Positions 13,436 through 26,963 of a stretch of 64,000 nucleotides of DNA are shown one piece after another; the first letter of the stretch is position 1; every line of letters starts with the position of its first letter. The notes under the pieces are model-generated. The model ran no database searches, had not been told where the DNA came from, and was given only the letters and a program-made list of their open reading frames with translations. Source of the stretch: Gnetum montanum (taxonomy: Eukaryota > Plantae > Gnetophyta); contig MNCI01003473.1 in assembly GCA_015680685.1 (NCBI GenBank), positions 13,293 through 77,292 on the forward strand. Direction: 5' to 3'. The position numbers were made by a program, and so were the translations under genes.

Positions 13436-13966
13436 AACAATTAAAGGATAATGAAAAGTCTACAACTTTTACCTTGAAAAATATAGAGGGTAGAAGAAAA
13501 TTCTATTGTTCATTAGGACTATAAAGAATTCAGTAGCAACATGTTACAACTTCCGCTACCTTGAGATAAGTAGGTTAAAATCCAAAATCCATCTAAGGGT
13601 GAACTTTAGCATAATAAAAATAGGCACTAAACAAATACAAATTTAATACTAAGTTAGTATCATAAATCTTATTATTCCTTAAAGATAATATTCCTTAGGT
13701 CCGAATTCTGTAAGTTTAGATGGTAAATAACTAAGTATAGGTTAATATTTATAATTGTTAGGTTTATATTGGTTAGTTACTTAGATAGTCAATATGGATG
13801 AAAGGGTGTATTATATTGGGTCTAGCATCTAAGGTGATAAACACATTTGATAAAATAAAATAAGACCAATGCTCATATGATTAACTCATTTAATTAAAAG
13901 AAGAAAAATAAATAAAAAATACTCCCACAAGAATGTTATGGTTAAAGCAAGCTTTTGAAAAGAGCA

Positions 13967-13984
13967 AGAGAGAGAGAGAGAGAG
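13967..13984. repeat. (GA)n microsatellite
   Basis: agagagagagagagagag. Confidence 0.8.
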
Positions 13985-16069
13985 CCTCATAAGAATCTTC
14001 AATCATGAGTAGAGCCACACTTCCACAAGAACCTTACAATTAGGGAAATCCTAACACTCATATTTTTTATGCATCCCACAAGAATCCCCATCTATGAGTA
14101 TAATGATTATGGGTGAAGTGGTAATCAACAAAATGAAAAGAAATATGGATGACATTACTTTAGGTAGCTAGCATATAACATTGTTAAGGAAAGGATTGAC
14201 TAACCTAGGTAAGTAGCATAATGAGTAACCTTATAATTAATAAACATTTTCCTTCTCTATTTATTTAATCTCTTAGCTTGCAAAACTTCATACCTATAAG
14301 GAATAATATGTCTTCTTTCCATTTCTTTTACTCAATATGTCAACTAAGCATTTTTGTTCTACTACTAATTCATAAATAACATTCAAATTATTCACTATAT
14401 TACTACATCATTATTATCAAACTCCAAGACTACTAACTATAATTTTCATAGGTAGTTAAAACTTTTTGAACCTTCATATGGTTTCCCAACCTTCCTCTCA
14501 TAGGAGTTAGTGGTTGAGATCCCTACTATGGCTGGAGCATTGTAGGTAGTAACTGTTGAAAGTTTAGAGCTTACATGTGCATCATTAATAGTGGAGAGTA
14601 TATAAAACACATGGCATACTTGGTTTTGGTCTACTCTCCTAGTTAGTCTTTAGTCTATAGTAATAAAAAATTAATTAAATTGACCTATATTAAGAACATA
14701 ACCTAGATTAACTAGGGGGGTAGCTATTACTATAGCTGAAGGATAGGATAGCAAGGTATAACCAACATGGAAGCTAATCTAAGATCAAGTTAGGGAATGA
14801 GTTTGTTGAAAGAAATGCATCTCGAATCCTTAAAACTTAGGAAAGATAAAAACCTTGAGATTGTAAGCCATCCTTCCAATGAATGAAGCAAACCTTGTGA
14901 GGAGAAGTTTTAGTTGAGGTAATCCTAGGTGGATCTTCCTAATAGAGTTGTATGTGAATTTTTACCCAATACTCTATATCCTAAGTGAATAATGTCTTAT
15001 GGTAAAGTGTATAGGTGCGAGGATTAAAGATCTATCAATAAATTTAATTAATACATTTATTCTTTTTATTAATAAATCTTAAAATTAGATATTATTATAT
15101 ACTGAGAGATGATAAGATTTGTGATAGAAAAGTTGACATAATTGACGGACATCACTTAATTAATGTTAATAGACATAAGAGAAATTAGAAAACCCTTAGG
15201 GTTCTAAAATCTCGATGGACATCAATACTTCAATGCTTTGAGACATCTTATATCAAAGTATATTGATTCTTCAATTCCAATCAATTTGATAAAAGAAATA
15301 GTCTTTAATTTAGTAACTATGATATTTATTTAATCTATAAAGTTTAACTGAAAAATATACAATGATATTGAAGTTAATCAATTAATTTGATGAACTATGA
15401 TAATATAAAATTTTTTCCAAAATCCTTGCATTTGAATAATGTGAATGTGATATAGTTTGATATGAAAGTATACAATGATATTGATCTCTATCAACTAAAT
15501 CGATGAACTTCGATAACATAAAAATTTTCTCAAAACCCTTGCATTTGACCAATGTAGGCATGGTAAAGTTTAATATATATAATACAATGATATTAATTTT
15601 CATAGATCCAATATTGAGAATCAATATAATGAATTGTATACAGAAACTGAATTGATAATTATGACTACCATAATATAAATCAACCCTTTGTTTTCAAAGT
15701 ACCTTGATTTTGCGATGAGGATTGATATGGTAAAAAAGTAAAAAAAGTATATAACTTGACAATTACGCTGGTGGCCCTAATTGATAAAAGCTACTACCTT
15801 GATGTCCCACATATCCTATATGGAAGTCTCTTGTAAATAGGGCTATTACCATGCTTGGTTTCTAGCTACTCTCCTCTTCCATTGTCATTGGAAAGCACTA
15901 GGCCTTCATCTTGGGTAAGGTAGAATACATTCACACAAGCTTATATGCCCTCAGAATGCTAGGTAAGCCTTACCCTCATTAAAATTTGGTAGCACCTTGT
16001 CATTTTTGGAGGAAGGATGATCCTTTTTTTTTTTTTTTACCGTTTAGCATCTTTCTTGTGTATCTAGGA

Positions 16070-16915
16070 CATATAAAATGCTATAATCATCAAGCATAGA
16101 GTAGCAGGGCAAGGTAAGCATGGGTTTCTTAGGGGAAATCACTGATAATTTCCACATGCTTAACCTTCTCATCTTTGTGCAATAACCTATGAATGAGAAA
16201 TTAAAAATTACCTCCTACCATGCTAAATCTAACTACACAGAATGGTTTGACCATAATGATGTAGCCATCCACCAAAAAATTGAGGTTTTGGATTGCGGGG
16301 TATTGATGAAACCCCTGATTGATTGGTTCTACCAAGAGGAGATTCTAGAATTTTATAGAAACCTAAAGCCCCATTTTATTAAAATAAAATTGCTAGAGAA
16401 TTACCTGGTTTTCTTAGTGAGGAAGACCAAGGTGAAGATCATGATGGATTTGCTTCTAGAGTGGATCAATCTACCTGCAAGTAGGAAAGACATCTATAAG
16501 ACCAAGACTAGTATGGAAGAGAAGTATGAACTCTTCGACCAATTCATTGGCTAGTCTGATAGTAGTAGGATATAGGCCTAAGGAGTTTACTTCATTAACA
16601 TACATCTAGAACACAGGGTGATGGAAAGGATAATCATGAAAAATGTCCTACCATCAACCCACATCATTTATTTCCTCAGCTTAGTTCTTCGAGAGATGAA
16701 GGCACTGAAGTATAGTAAGGAGGCCAACTTTGCATACTTTCCTATAAAGTACATGGTATATTACTATAATGATGATCTACTTAAACTGTACTTTCCATTC
16801 ATGATTTTAGCAATTTTGTGAAAGCCTTAGGTGATAGAGACACAAACTAGCATAAAGGTCAACCTCACAATCATGAAGAAGGATACCTTTGTAAGGTCAT
16901 TGAATATCTACACCA
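16070..16915 (+). pseudogene. Athila env-like / Transposase_32-like 3' extra ORF of element B (probable C-terminal remnant at 46392-46474)
   Basis: WFYQEEILEFYRNL...LVRKTKVKI...LLEWINLP resembles the recalled YxxxVxEFYxNL...VRGxxV...LxLP motif, and it lies after the long post-pol spacer. Confidence 0.65.
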
Positions 16916-16919
16916 AGGT

Positions 16920-17540
16920 TAGTGAAACATCACAAAGAAAATTCATGTTGGAGCCCATGATTAAAATCGTTTGTAATTTGATGACAAATAATGGCAGACA
17001 CAATTTCCTTATTTTTCCCAACACCTAACATTGCAATGTTCATCATTGGAATTCAAGGCATAATTTTAATTGTAAAATGTGAAATTTGTAGTTCATGGGC
17101 TGCATTCTCACATATTTCATCTTATGGAAGCTAAAATATGCCTCATAGGTTATGAATGCCTCATATCCTAGGTGGAAAAAGCCATATTTTGCAGGTATAT
17201 AGGCTTGGGAGCTGAAAATGCCTTGCAAATAATCAAATTTGGGGTTTTCTCAGTTTTTATGTTGGCCATGATAGTTTTTACGCTGGAGAAACCTACAAAG
17301 CCAATGTATAAAATCTGGGCTTTGGGTTTTTATGTTGGCCTTGAATTTTGATGTTGGAAAACCTAAAAAGCTAGTGTATAAATTTGGAGATTGAATTTTT
17401 ACGTTGGGCAACAATGAAGCCAATGTAAAAAGCATAGAAAGTTTTCAAATTGAACAAATATTCTGTCTATGAATTACTTGCAAATATGAGAAATTTGCAA
17501 TAGTTTGTCAGCAATCATGGTGGAGATTTGCAACAACAAA
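16920..17540 (+). repeat. Element C 5' LTR remnant
   Basis: Collinear with 44940-45630; contains TTTTTACGCTGG/CCAGCGTAAAAA-derived inverted motifs. Confidence 0.7.
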
Positions 17541-18575
17541 TTAGTCAAGGACTCCTTTTATCATAAGGATACCATCACCAGTGCCTTCCAAGGAACCATT
17601 CATCATCAAAGTGCCCCCTCCTATAACCACTAAGCCTATAGCAGAAGTTGACCAATGTCCTCCCATGGTGGCCAACATAACAACCTCTTCATAGCCTGAT
17701 AACAAGAAGTCACCAACCAAGTAATGTAAGAAGTCTACTAAACTCTCCTTAAAGCAAAAGAACATCTCCATGAGCCTATTTGACCTAGTAATGACCTCCT
17801 TTGCTCACTATGAAGCCCTAGTGAGAATGTTGACTTCAATTCCTATAAGTGAGAACATTCTTGTTAGTGAAGAATCCATTCATGTGGTAATGGTACCACC
17901 CTTTCCTAGGGAAGAAATAAAGTTAACTATCCTAGTGTTTTACGAAAGTGAGGTAAAGATCAACCCCTAGGATGACAAGATAATGAGGGCTTCTATCTTT
18001 ATAATCATAAGGATTGGGTAATAGAAAATACATAGGGTACATGTTAACAATGGGGTAGCAACCAGTGTGATACCTTTTACCATTGTTGAACGGTTAGGCT
18101 TGGTAGAGCACATGCAAAGTAATCCTACTTCTACTCTCAAATCCTTCAACAAATCATGAGTAGTAGTAAAGGGTTCTATCTCTTTGGAATTCGTAGTAGG
18201 GAAAAAATTCCCTACATTTGCCAACTTTTTGGTGATGGAAGAGATACCAAGATTCAATCTAACTCTAGGGAGGCCTTGGTTAGCTCAATTATGACCAGTT
18301 TCCTTTCCCATCAACTCAGAAATTCACCTACCTTATGAGGGAGGTGAAATAAGCATACATGATGATAGTATGGTTCATTTTGTAGTCAATAACATTGATG
18401 TGGAATAAGGGTATGAAGTGGAGTTTTAAGAAGAACTATCAAGAGTGAAGTTTATAGGCCCAATGGAGTAGACTAAGCCAAAATTGAAAAGAGCGAAACC
18501 ATGAATGAAGCATGGGAAGATCTCCCATTCAACGTTGTCAATGAGGGAAATGGGGAGTACAAGATTGTGCAATAG
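17541..18575 (+). pseudogene. Element C gag-pol linker and aspartic protease
   Basis: PFIIKVP, MSLFDLVMTSFAHYEAL, RVHVNNGVATSVIP (decayed RVLVDNG), FNLTLGRPWL. Confidence 0.8.
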
Positions 18576-19599
18576 AGACCATATACCTTTCCTATTTTTC
18601 AAATATTAGGAAATAGTTACATGACTAAACACATCCCCTACTTGCTTACCCTTGCTTTCTTTTTATTTTCATTTCATAGCCTAGTTTTAACCTTTTCTTG
18701 ACATGTGCCATTTTGTTTTATAGTGCATTACCTTGTTTTAGCCTTATTATAACTACTTAGCCTTGCTTGTATACTCTTGCATAAAATTTATGGTTTATGC
18801 TCTTTCATGAGTTGTCTTTTATGCTTTCCTTTGAAAAAAAAAACATGAAAATACATAAAAATTTTAAAACATGAAAATCTATAAAAAGTCTTAAAACATA
18901 AAAACTCATAAAAAATAGCCAAGGCCTTAAATTGGTGGTGCATTATAGCCTTTTTAATACCACAATATAGCTTGTTATATCATATTTTATACTTTGTTCC
19001 ATTTGATTACTTTATGTTTACATTTTACTAAAATTTTTTGCTTTGTAATCGTACGCCTTAAGCATGTAGCCTTTCTTTCAAAAATAAAACATAGGGTGCT
19101 TGAAAACACATTAAAATAAAAATACTAAAAAATATATGAATATGCAACATTAAAATATTATAAACAAAGTGTCCAAGTCCAATAGCCATAGTCACATAGT
19201 GTGATAAAAATTTAGTTAACAATGATAACAAAAAATAATGAAAGTCCAATAGCCATAGTTGCACTATGTAGCAATAAAAAAAATTAATAATAAACTATTT
19301 CATAATCTCCAAGGACTATGAATAGCCAATAAAAAATAGCATCAACACCATAACTGAAATAACCAAATTATGATAAGACTGGCATGCCTAAGGTAAAATT
19401 GGAGGAGGAAGAGAGGAACATTGTTACCATCATGATCATTAGGGTCATTGCCATCACTTGATTCCTATACCATAGTAAAAATATAAAACACAAAATTGAT
19501 TAGTAACCATTATAGCCAAAACATAACAATAAAAAAAATACAAACTAAACTAAAAAGGAACAAAAAATGCTAAAAAATAAAAACTCTAAAACAATCTTT

Positions 19600-22500
19600 G
19601 GAGATTTTAGAGCAAGGTTCTTTGGGAGAAAGCTTAGAAGACCAGCCTCCAAATGGTGAAGAATCTACTATTCACTCATGTTAGTCTAGTTTATTTCTCT
19701 AAGATTTACACCTATCAAGATGCTTCTTCTCTCAACATTTGTCCACTTTGGAGGCTCTTGTAAAAAGGAGACAGTAGTAACCTCTCTTGAAGTGGCAGTG
19801 ATTTGAGGAGTAGGGAGATCAAACACTATTAGAAAGTCTTTGAACAACTTGAAGGAATCATTTTCATTTATTCCTTGCATGAACATCTCAAGATTTTAGC
19901 CCTTCATCGCCTCCTCCTATAGCCACTTAAGGTAGCTTTCCTTTTATGGCTTGTACTTTTGCTTGTGGTCCTTTTGTTTCTTACCCTACTTAAGAACTCG
20001 AGTGCAGTAATCCCACTAGTCTCTAATCTTATGAACCAATAGATCCATCTATATGTACTTTTCAATCTTTCTCTTGGCTAGAACAATCGTTCCATGGATG
20101 ATACTTTAGTAATGTGACCACTCGATCTCCTTAGTAATCAAGGATTCTATAATGGCTACATGAGCCTCTATAAACTCCTTGCAATCTCTAATGTCCCTAA
20201 TTTCACCTACCTACTATTTGTTTTCCTTTTCTAGAGTCGCAACCTTTTCCCATAGGATTTCATTAGAGCATTGACACTCCCAGGAAGTCCTAGCACATAA
20301 GAGGGGACATTTAGTGACCCCCTCATACAACCTTCATGGAACATTTTCCACATCAAGCAACAATGCAGGCAACTCATCAAGTTCAATGTCATGATCATGA
20401 TTCCATCTAACCTTGGACATTGCACTAACCACAATGAAAATATATGTATAAAAAAAAAAGAAACAAAAGTAAAAAAAAAAAAAAAGCACTTTAAAATACC
20501 AAAAACTAAAGCCATGTAGGCATAAAACATAGAAAGCCATAAAATATAAAACAAAATATAAAAATACATAAAGAACAAAAATAAAAGAAAAAAAAACACA
20601 AGATAAAATATGCAATTGTTCTTACCAACATTTGGAACTATTTGTTGCAACTTATTGATCATATCTTTTGCCATGCCTTGCTTGAACTTAGTCTTGTTGG
20701 AAACCTCAACTCAAGGATTCAAATGAAATGTAGAGGTGGATGCTTTTGGAAGAGGTTAAGGCACTACAAAAAATATAACCATATACACAATTAAAGTTTT
20801 GAAACAAATTTTTACATGAAACTATAAGACAAAATGCATAAATGAAAATGAATAAGTACCTAGAGGACCATGTGGGATGTCAATAGGAGGTTCTTCATCA
20901 AATGTCAAATCTTCAAATATAGCATCGAGGGCATCCAATGCTTCATTGGATACCTTTTTGGCCTCCTCTTTCTATCTTAGTGCTTTCTCTTCTTGGAATC
21001 TTTGCTTTGCCTTTACTGCTACTTGGGTTGCCAATTCTTATTGCTTCCCTACAAGAATTGCAAAGACAAAACATAGAACTGATTAATAACTTCTATCTAA
21101 AAAATATATATAATAGCATGAATATATATAACAATACAACATAAAAAATATACAAAATGACATAATAAATAAAAATAACAAAAATTCATATAGAAAATAC
21201 TTGAAACAATATGATGTCCCTTGTCAAATGTGAGGGATATCTTCTTCCTTGATAGTTGCTTAATAATAGGAATTTCTTTCTCAACTAGTGGCCCTTTCAA
21301 GTTTTCATTAGCTACACCCTTAGCCTTATTTGGCTCTGTGGGCACTCCCAAAAATAATATGGAGTCCAATCCTCATGTTTTTTGGGGAAGAATAACATAC
21401 ACCACTATATTTCTTAGTGGTAATTGATAGTGATTGTCCAATATCTTCAATTGGTGGATCTTAAACTTGTATAGTTGGAACAATGTATTTTACCCAAGGC
21501 TTGGAGAACTAGGATGAATCATAACTCTTCCACTTTTCATCCTTTTTGACCACCAAGAATTCCACAAACCTTCTGAGATATGTAGCAAAAAATGCAAAGT
21601 GCATATGGAATATTGTACCAAGATTGTTACGGAATTTTTGAATCTCCTCCTATAGCCCAGAGATCAAGTACACAACCTAGTTGAACTTACCACCCTTAGT
21701 GAGGACCTTATTCATGGTCCAAGCTTGCCAAATACCAAGGATCCTCTTCTATGATAGCAATAAGGGAAATGCTATATAGTAGAATAGAGGATACATCTTG
21801 TTGGCCTCTATGACCTTACACCAATCTAAAGTTAACCCTTTGCTAGAATGAGAGTTAAGCCACTCCTCAACTTCCTTTCTATGGCTTACCTCTTTTCTTG
21901 CTCTTGTGGAAACCTTGATGTCATCACAAGGTACATCAAAGAGATTACTAAATGTGGACTCATTGATGACCAAGGTAACAAGCACAGTAAGAACATGAGA
22001 GATGAATTTTTCTGACTCCTTTGTCAAAGGAATCAACTACATTCACCATGTTGATAGTGTGCATTAATGGACTAGGAAGCATGAACAAATCAAGCAAACC
22101 TGCATCAATGATCCTCTTCTAGATGGCTCTAGGTACTTTGCTAGCCAACCACTCCTATGTTGAGTCTACTTTACCCCATTTGAGAATAAGCTTCTCCTCC
22201 TCACATCCTGAGGTGATTATGGCAATGGTAGATTTAGGCACAGGAGATACAACACCACGTGAAAAACCCATTAGCATTTGGCATGCATAAATAATACAAA
22301 ACCAAGAAAATAATAAAAATAATAAATTAAAATTAAATTTATAAAAACACACTTGAAATCAATTAAACAAATAAGGCCATAGTAATACAAAAACAACACA
22401 ATAGAAAATGTTTATACACACAAATAAAAACAAATTAAAAATAAAATTGCTTACTTGGTTTAGGCAATGTAGGGGCCCTAAAAACCATAGGTGCATATAT

Positions 22501-23254
22501 GCCCAATTCTAGGAGACCCCACCAGGTATGAGCAGTTCTAGTGGCCAAAAAATGGTGATAGGACTAAGAGAACCATGAAGTATACTTGCTAAAGTCATCC
22601 TTTAGTTGTTGCAACACCATGAGTCTCATAGCTAGGCCTTGTACAAAAACCCCCAATGCTGTGTATGCCAAAGGTATGACTTGATCACTCTTGATCAATC
22701 CTCCATCATGTATCCTATACCTCCAACATATGAATGCAATAAAATATTAGAATCAAGTGTTCTAATGAGAATAAGAATAAAAAAAACTTAGGATGGAACT
22801 TATGCTTGTAATAGGTAGAAGGTACTAGGAGGATTTTGTAATAAACTATTGATCTAGTGGCCAAAAATCAAGGTATTGTTGGCATTATACTAAATGAACT
22901 CAAGCATGTCCCAAATCTGGGATAATTTGCATATCCATGATGTGTATGAATCATCGCACCGATCATCATTTACTTGAGTGTTAGGATCATCCACCATGAA
23001 CTTGGTAATGCGACTAGAAGAGCTTGGTAGAAATGTCTCTACTATAACAGCTGTAGTGTAAATGGCCAAGTGTGACAAAAACATCACACTAAAGTTCTCA
23101 AGTAAGAACACTAAGAACTCGTTGGCCCTAGGCTTGGACCATAAAGAGCCATGATCAAGGACCATGTTGGAAGGAAAATTGTTTTGTGCTAGTGTATATG
23201 AAGCACAAGATCCTAACTAGTTTCATGACTATTAGGATAGGCCTCAAAAATTCC
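19600..23254 (-). pseudogene. Antisense multi-exon gene inside element C (PMD-like motifs plus coiled-coil region)
   Basis: About six coding blocks separated by T-rich introns. GT-AG introns 21049-21200 and 20764-20859 preserve phase 1. Motif WWVS(Q)NWAYMHL. In-frame stops are explainable as single transitions. Confidence 0.65.
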
Positions 23255-25399
23255 CTACATGATCAACAAAAGAAATATTAAAACATAAGATAATAGTAAA
23301 TAATACAATTGTTGAAAAACAAGATGATAAAAAATGAAATTTGCCAATACTTGAACAAAAATAACAAGTGTAATGTTAACCTTGCCATACAAAATTACAT
23401 AAATATACCAAAAAACAACCAAAATCATTTACTTCAACCATAACAAAACCCAAAATTCATCTTGTTCACATTTTTACAAAAAAAGAAAGAAAGCAAGACC
23501 AAGTAGCCTAGAACAATGAGGGAAGTTCCATAACAAAGAAAAAATGCATAAAAATTACAAGAATTTTATTTCAAGCACTAAAAAATGGTAATAATCTTGT
23601 AAAAATTTTAAACCTATGTTAATAATGCTATGACAACTATAAAAAATTTCAACTTGAATTTGATGAAACTTTTGCTAGAAAACCAATTTACAATGAAATA
23701 GTTATAGTAAAGACTTTGGAAAAGCTAGAGAAAAATTTCAAAAAATTTAGAATGCTATTCAAAATCCATTTACACAATATTAATGACTTTTAGAAGCCTT
23801 AGATACAACTCAAAAAACACCAAAAAGAGACCAACGTTGCTAGTGCAGGCTAGGAAGCTTGTAGGCTCAAGAACTGAAACAACAATTTTACATGGTAGTT
23901 CACATGATGGAAAAAAGTTCACAAAAAATTATAAAATTTTTTCATAACTCTAGACATCATAAACCAAATAATTCAACTTAAATCAAACTCCAATGCTACA
24001 ATAAAATACATAAAAAAGTTCAAATTGTGACATGAAATCACTTGAATATTTTCTTAAAAAAACCCAGTTTGCATTGAAACAATTGTAGTAAAACCCCTAG
24101 GAAAATTGCAGAAAAACTTTTAAAAATTCCAAATCTTATGTAGAGGCATTCCATACTATCCTAGTAATCCCTATGAGGCTAGGATGTTGTCAAAAAAATT
24201 TCCTGCGTAAGCCAACATTTTCAATCTTTGGAGGAAAATCATGGAAAAATAGAGAAAATGCTATGTAAGGGTCTATGAAAAAATCATAAAAAATTAATGG
24301 AATCTCTACAAATAGTGATTCAACATCTAGTGTAATTTTTTAACATTGTAGAATAGTCCCATGGACTGTAAGATTGAAAATAATGCATGATAACCTTATA
24401 AAAAAATTGCAAAATTTAGCTATTGTTTGGTAAAATTAGGCTAAAAACATAGAATAGGCTTAAATAAAAATTCAAATTTTCATAGAAAAGAGCCATGAAG
24501 CTAATGTCAGAGTCTAGTTTTAGCCATACAGCTTAAAGCCAAGATTTGACATAAGTTAAACTAAGACTTTTTGAAATGAACAAGCCTAGGTAATAGAAAA
24601 TGCCTTCACATTGTAGTAAAATTGATAAAAAATAGTGAAAGATGGGTACTTGGCCATCATGGGTTAAGGGCCCTCATCAATGGAAGAATTAGGAAGCTAA
24701 GAGATGCCCTTTGTAGTAGCATTTACCTCCTACAATGTAGGGTTTTTCTTGATGCTCCTACTCTCTTCGACATCTTGTAAAGCAGAAGGAAAATCTTCAT
24801 TTCCTCTGCAACTATGTTGCCTTTGGGTGGGAGAAGAGAAAAAATATGCTCTCAAATAATGAACTTTAAAGCATAGAGATACCAAAATACTTGTTGCCAT
24901 GTGCTACCTTTGTCATAAACCAAGCTTGGGAAAATGGTGTGCACAAAAGTATTAATGTTGGAGCCCTCCTAATACTTATGCATTGGAATGGAAACCACTA
25001 CTCTTGAAATGCCCACCTTACACTCAATGAAGTCAATGTTCATAAAAGGATAGTCATTTTTATGTTGGGTTTGCTTAAAACTTGCACTTATACAATCTTT
25101 TACCTTGGGTGGGCTCCATAGGGTGCCACCCAAATAAACCATGACAAATCCCAATAAATTGGGATTTGAAACTTTAACAAATTTTTACATTGGGGATTGA
25201 TGCCTAGCCAAACATGTAGGCCATGAAATAAGTTGTAGATTTCAACCATGGTGAAGATGCATTCTTAGCATCCCATCCTTGATCCATGGTGGTCAACAAT
25301 GCTTCATTCATCACTAGAGCCTTCAACACTACTACTAGAAGACCCTTAAGTGCTAGGATATGGCCTGAAACAAGTAGAAGAAAAAATCATCCAAGTGCT

Positions 25400-26670
25400 T
25401 TTACACTAGAACCACACCATAAATACACTATCTAGTATATTTATGTGTGGAAAGAACATAAAATATACAAATAAGACCTCAAGTGACCTTCAAAACCACT
25501 AAGCCCAATCCTAAACCCTAATAGGAGTCTTCAGTAGTCCCAAAACATCAAAAACCAAGTAAAAAGTGGTTAAAACTTGTCAACCCTTCATTTTTGTGCT
25601 GGTACCACATCAAAAATATGTTGGCTAGAGTATTGATGTGTGGGAAGAACATAAAATACACAAATAAGACCTCAAATGACCTTCACAATTGTTAATCCTA
25701 ACCTTGAAACCTAGCTGGAGCCTCTAATAGCCATGAAACCTAGCTGGAGCCTCTAATAGCCATGAAACCTTAAAAATCGATCTAAAAATTGGTTAAAATT
25801 ACTTGATTCCTTATTTTTATGCTAGCATTATAACAAAAATATGTTTAAGAATGTATTTATGAGGAGGATGGAGATGAAATGATCAAATGAAGCCTCTAGT
25901 GACTTTTTAAATTGTTAATCTTAGCCCTAAACCCTAGTCGTAGACTTCAATGACCTCAGAAGCCAAGAAACTAAGTCAAATGATCATCCAAACTACCTAG
26001 ATATTAAATTTCACAAGAAATACACTTGGAACCTTGAGAAAATGCACTAGCCAATGTATTTTTAGTTTGGATGGTAGTTTGGATAGGCTTGTAACACTCC
26101 AAATTGCTCAAAAATCAACTAGAGAAGCTTAGGACCTCGAAGCTAGAAGACACCTACAACTTAACCTTGGTTTAGCATGCAAATTTGAAGTTTAAGACTA
26201 AATAGAAGACTACCTATGACACTAAGGCTTGAGGAAAAATACATTGGGCACTATATATTTTGACATGAAAACTACAAGATAAACTTTTATTGACTCATTT
26301 TGACCTCAAAATAGTCATTTTTTGACATTGAGACCGCTACGCTACTTTGGAAGCCTAATGAAGCTAAAATTCCAAGTTTTACATAACATGGAATAGTTTT
26401 CCCATAAAAAATATGCTAGGGCATGCAAAAAATACACTAGCCAGCATATTTTTCAAGCCCTTGTAGCTTACAGTAACTTTGACAGGTCAAATTAACACTA
26501 AACTTGACTTATTCTCTCTTCTAGACCATTATGCTAACATTCAAAGGTAGTAGAACCAAAAAACTAGTTATGAAAAATATCCAAAATCAAATTTCATGAT
26601 AAATATGCTAGGACTAGATAGAAAATATGTTGGTTAGCATATTTCTTACTGGTGCTAGTGTAAAAACCAC
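25400..26670. repeat. Array of decayed 24-bp palindromes within ~190-bp degenerate tandem units
   Basis: Copies near 25421, 25612, 26039, 26235, 26429 and 26622 of inferred consensus AAAATACGCTGGCCAGCGTATTTT. Exact 29-bp tandem duplication at 25705-25768. Confidence 0.8.
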
Positions 26671-26963
26671 AAAATACTTTCTTCCAACCTTTAAAAAAGC
26701 TTAAAATGATCACCTTGAGTGCTCAAACCTTTCTAGAAGCCCTGGAACTTCCCACCATGGCCTATGAAGGCCTAAAATTGGCAAAATATGGCCATGATTA
26801 ACCATATTTGACTATATAGTACCTTACCTTGCATTTTTTTGGCCTTGTTTCATTGTGTTTTAATGTTACTTAACCTTATTTTACTCTATCTTTGCAATGT
26901 GTTACATTATCTAACAATTTCATTACACAAGTGCCACTTAATGTGCTTATGGTTGATGTGTAG

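Noticed and set aside
20231-20674. ORF with apparent transmembrane Phe/Tyr-rich stretch
   Set aside because: It is read-through of a T-rich intron of the antisense gene.
25400-26670. CRISPR-like spaced palindromes
   Set aside because: Spacing is irregular, spacers are themselves repetitive, there are no cas genes, and the context is a eukaryotic retrotransposon.
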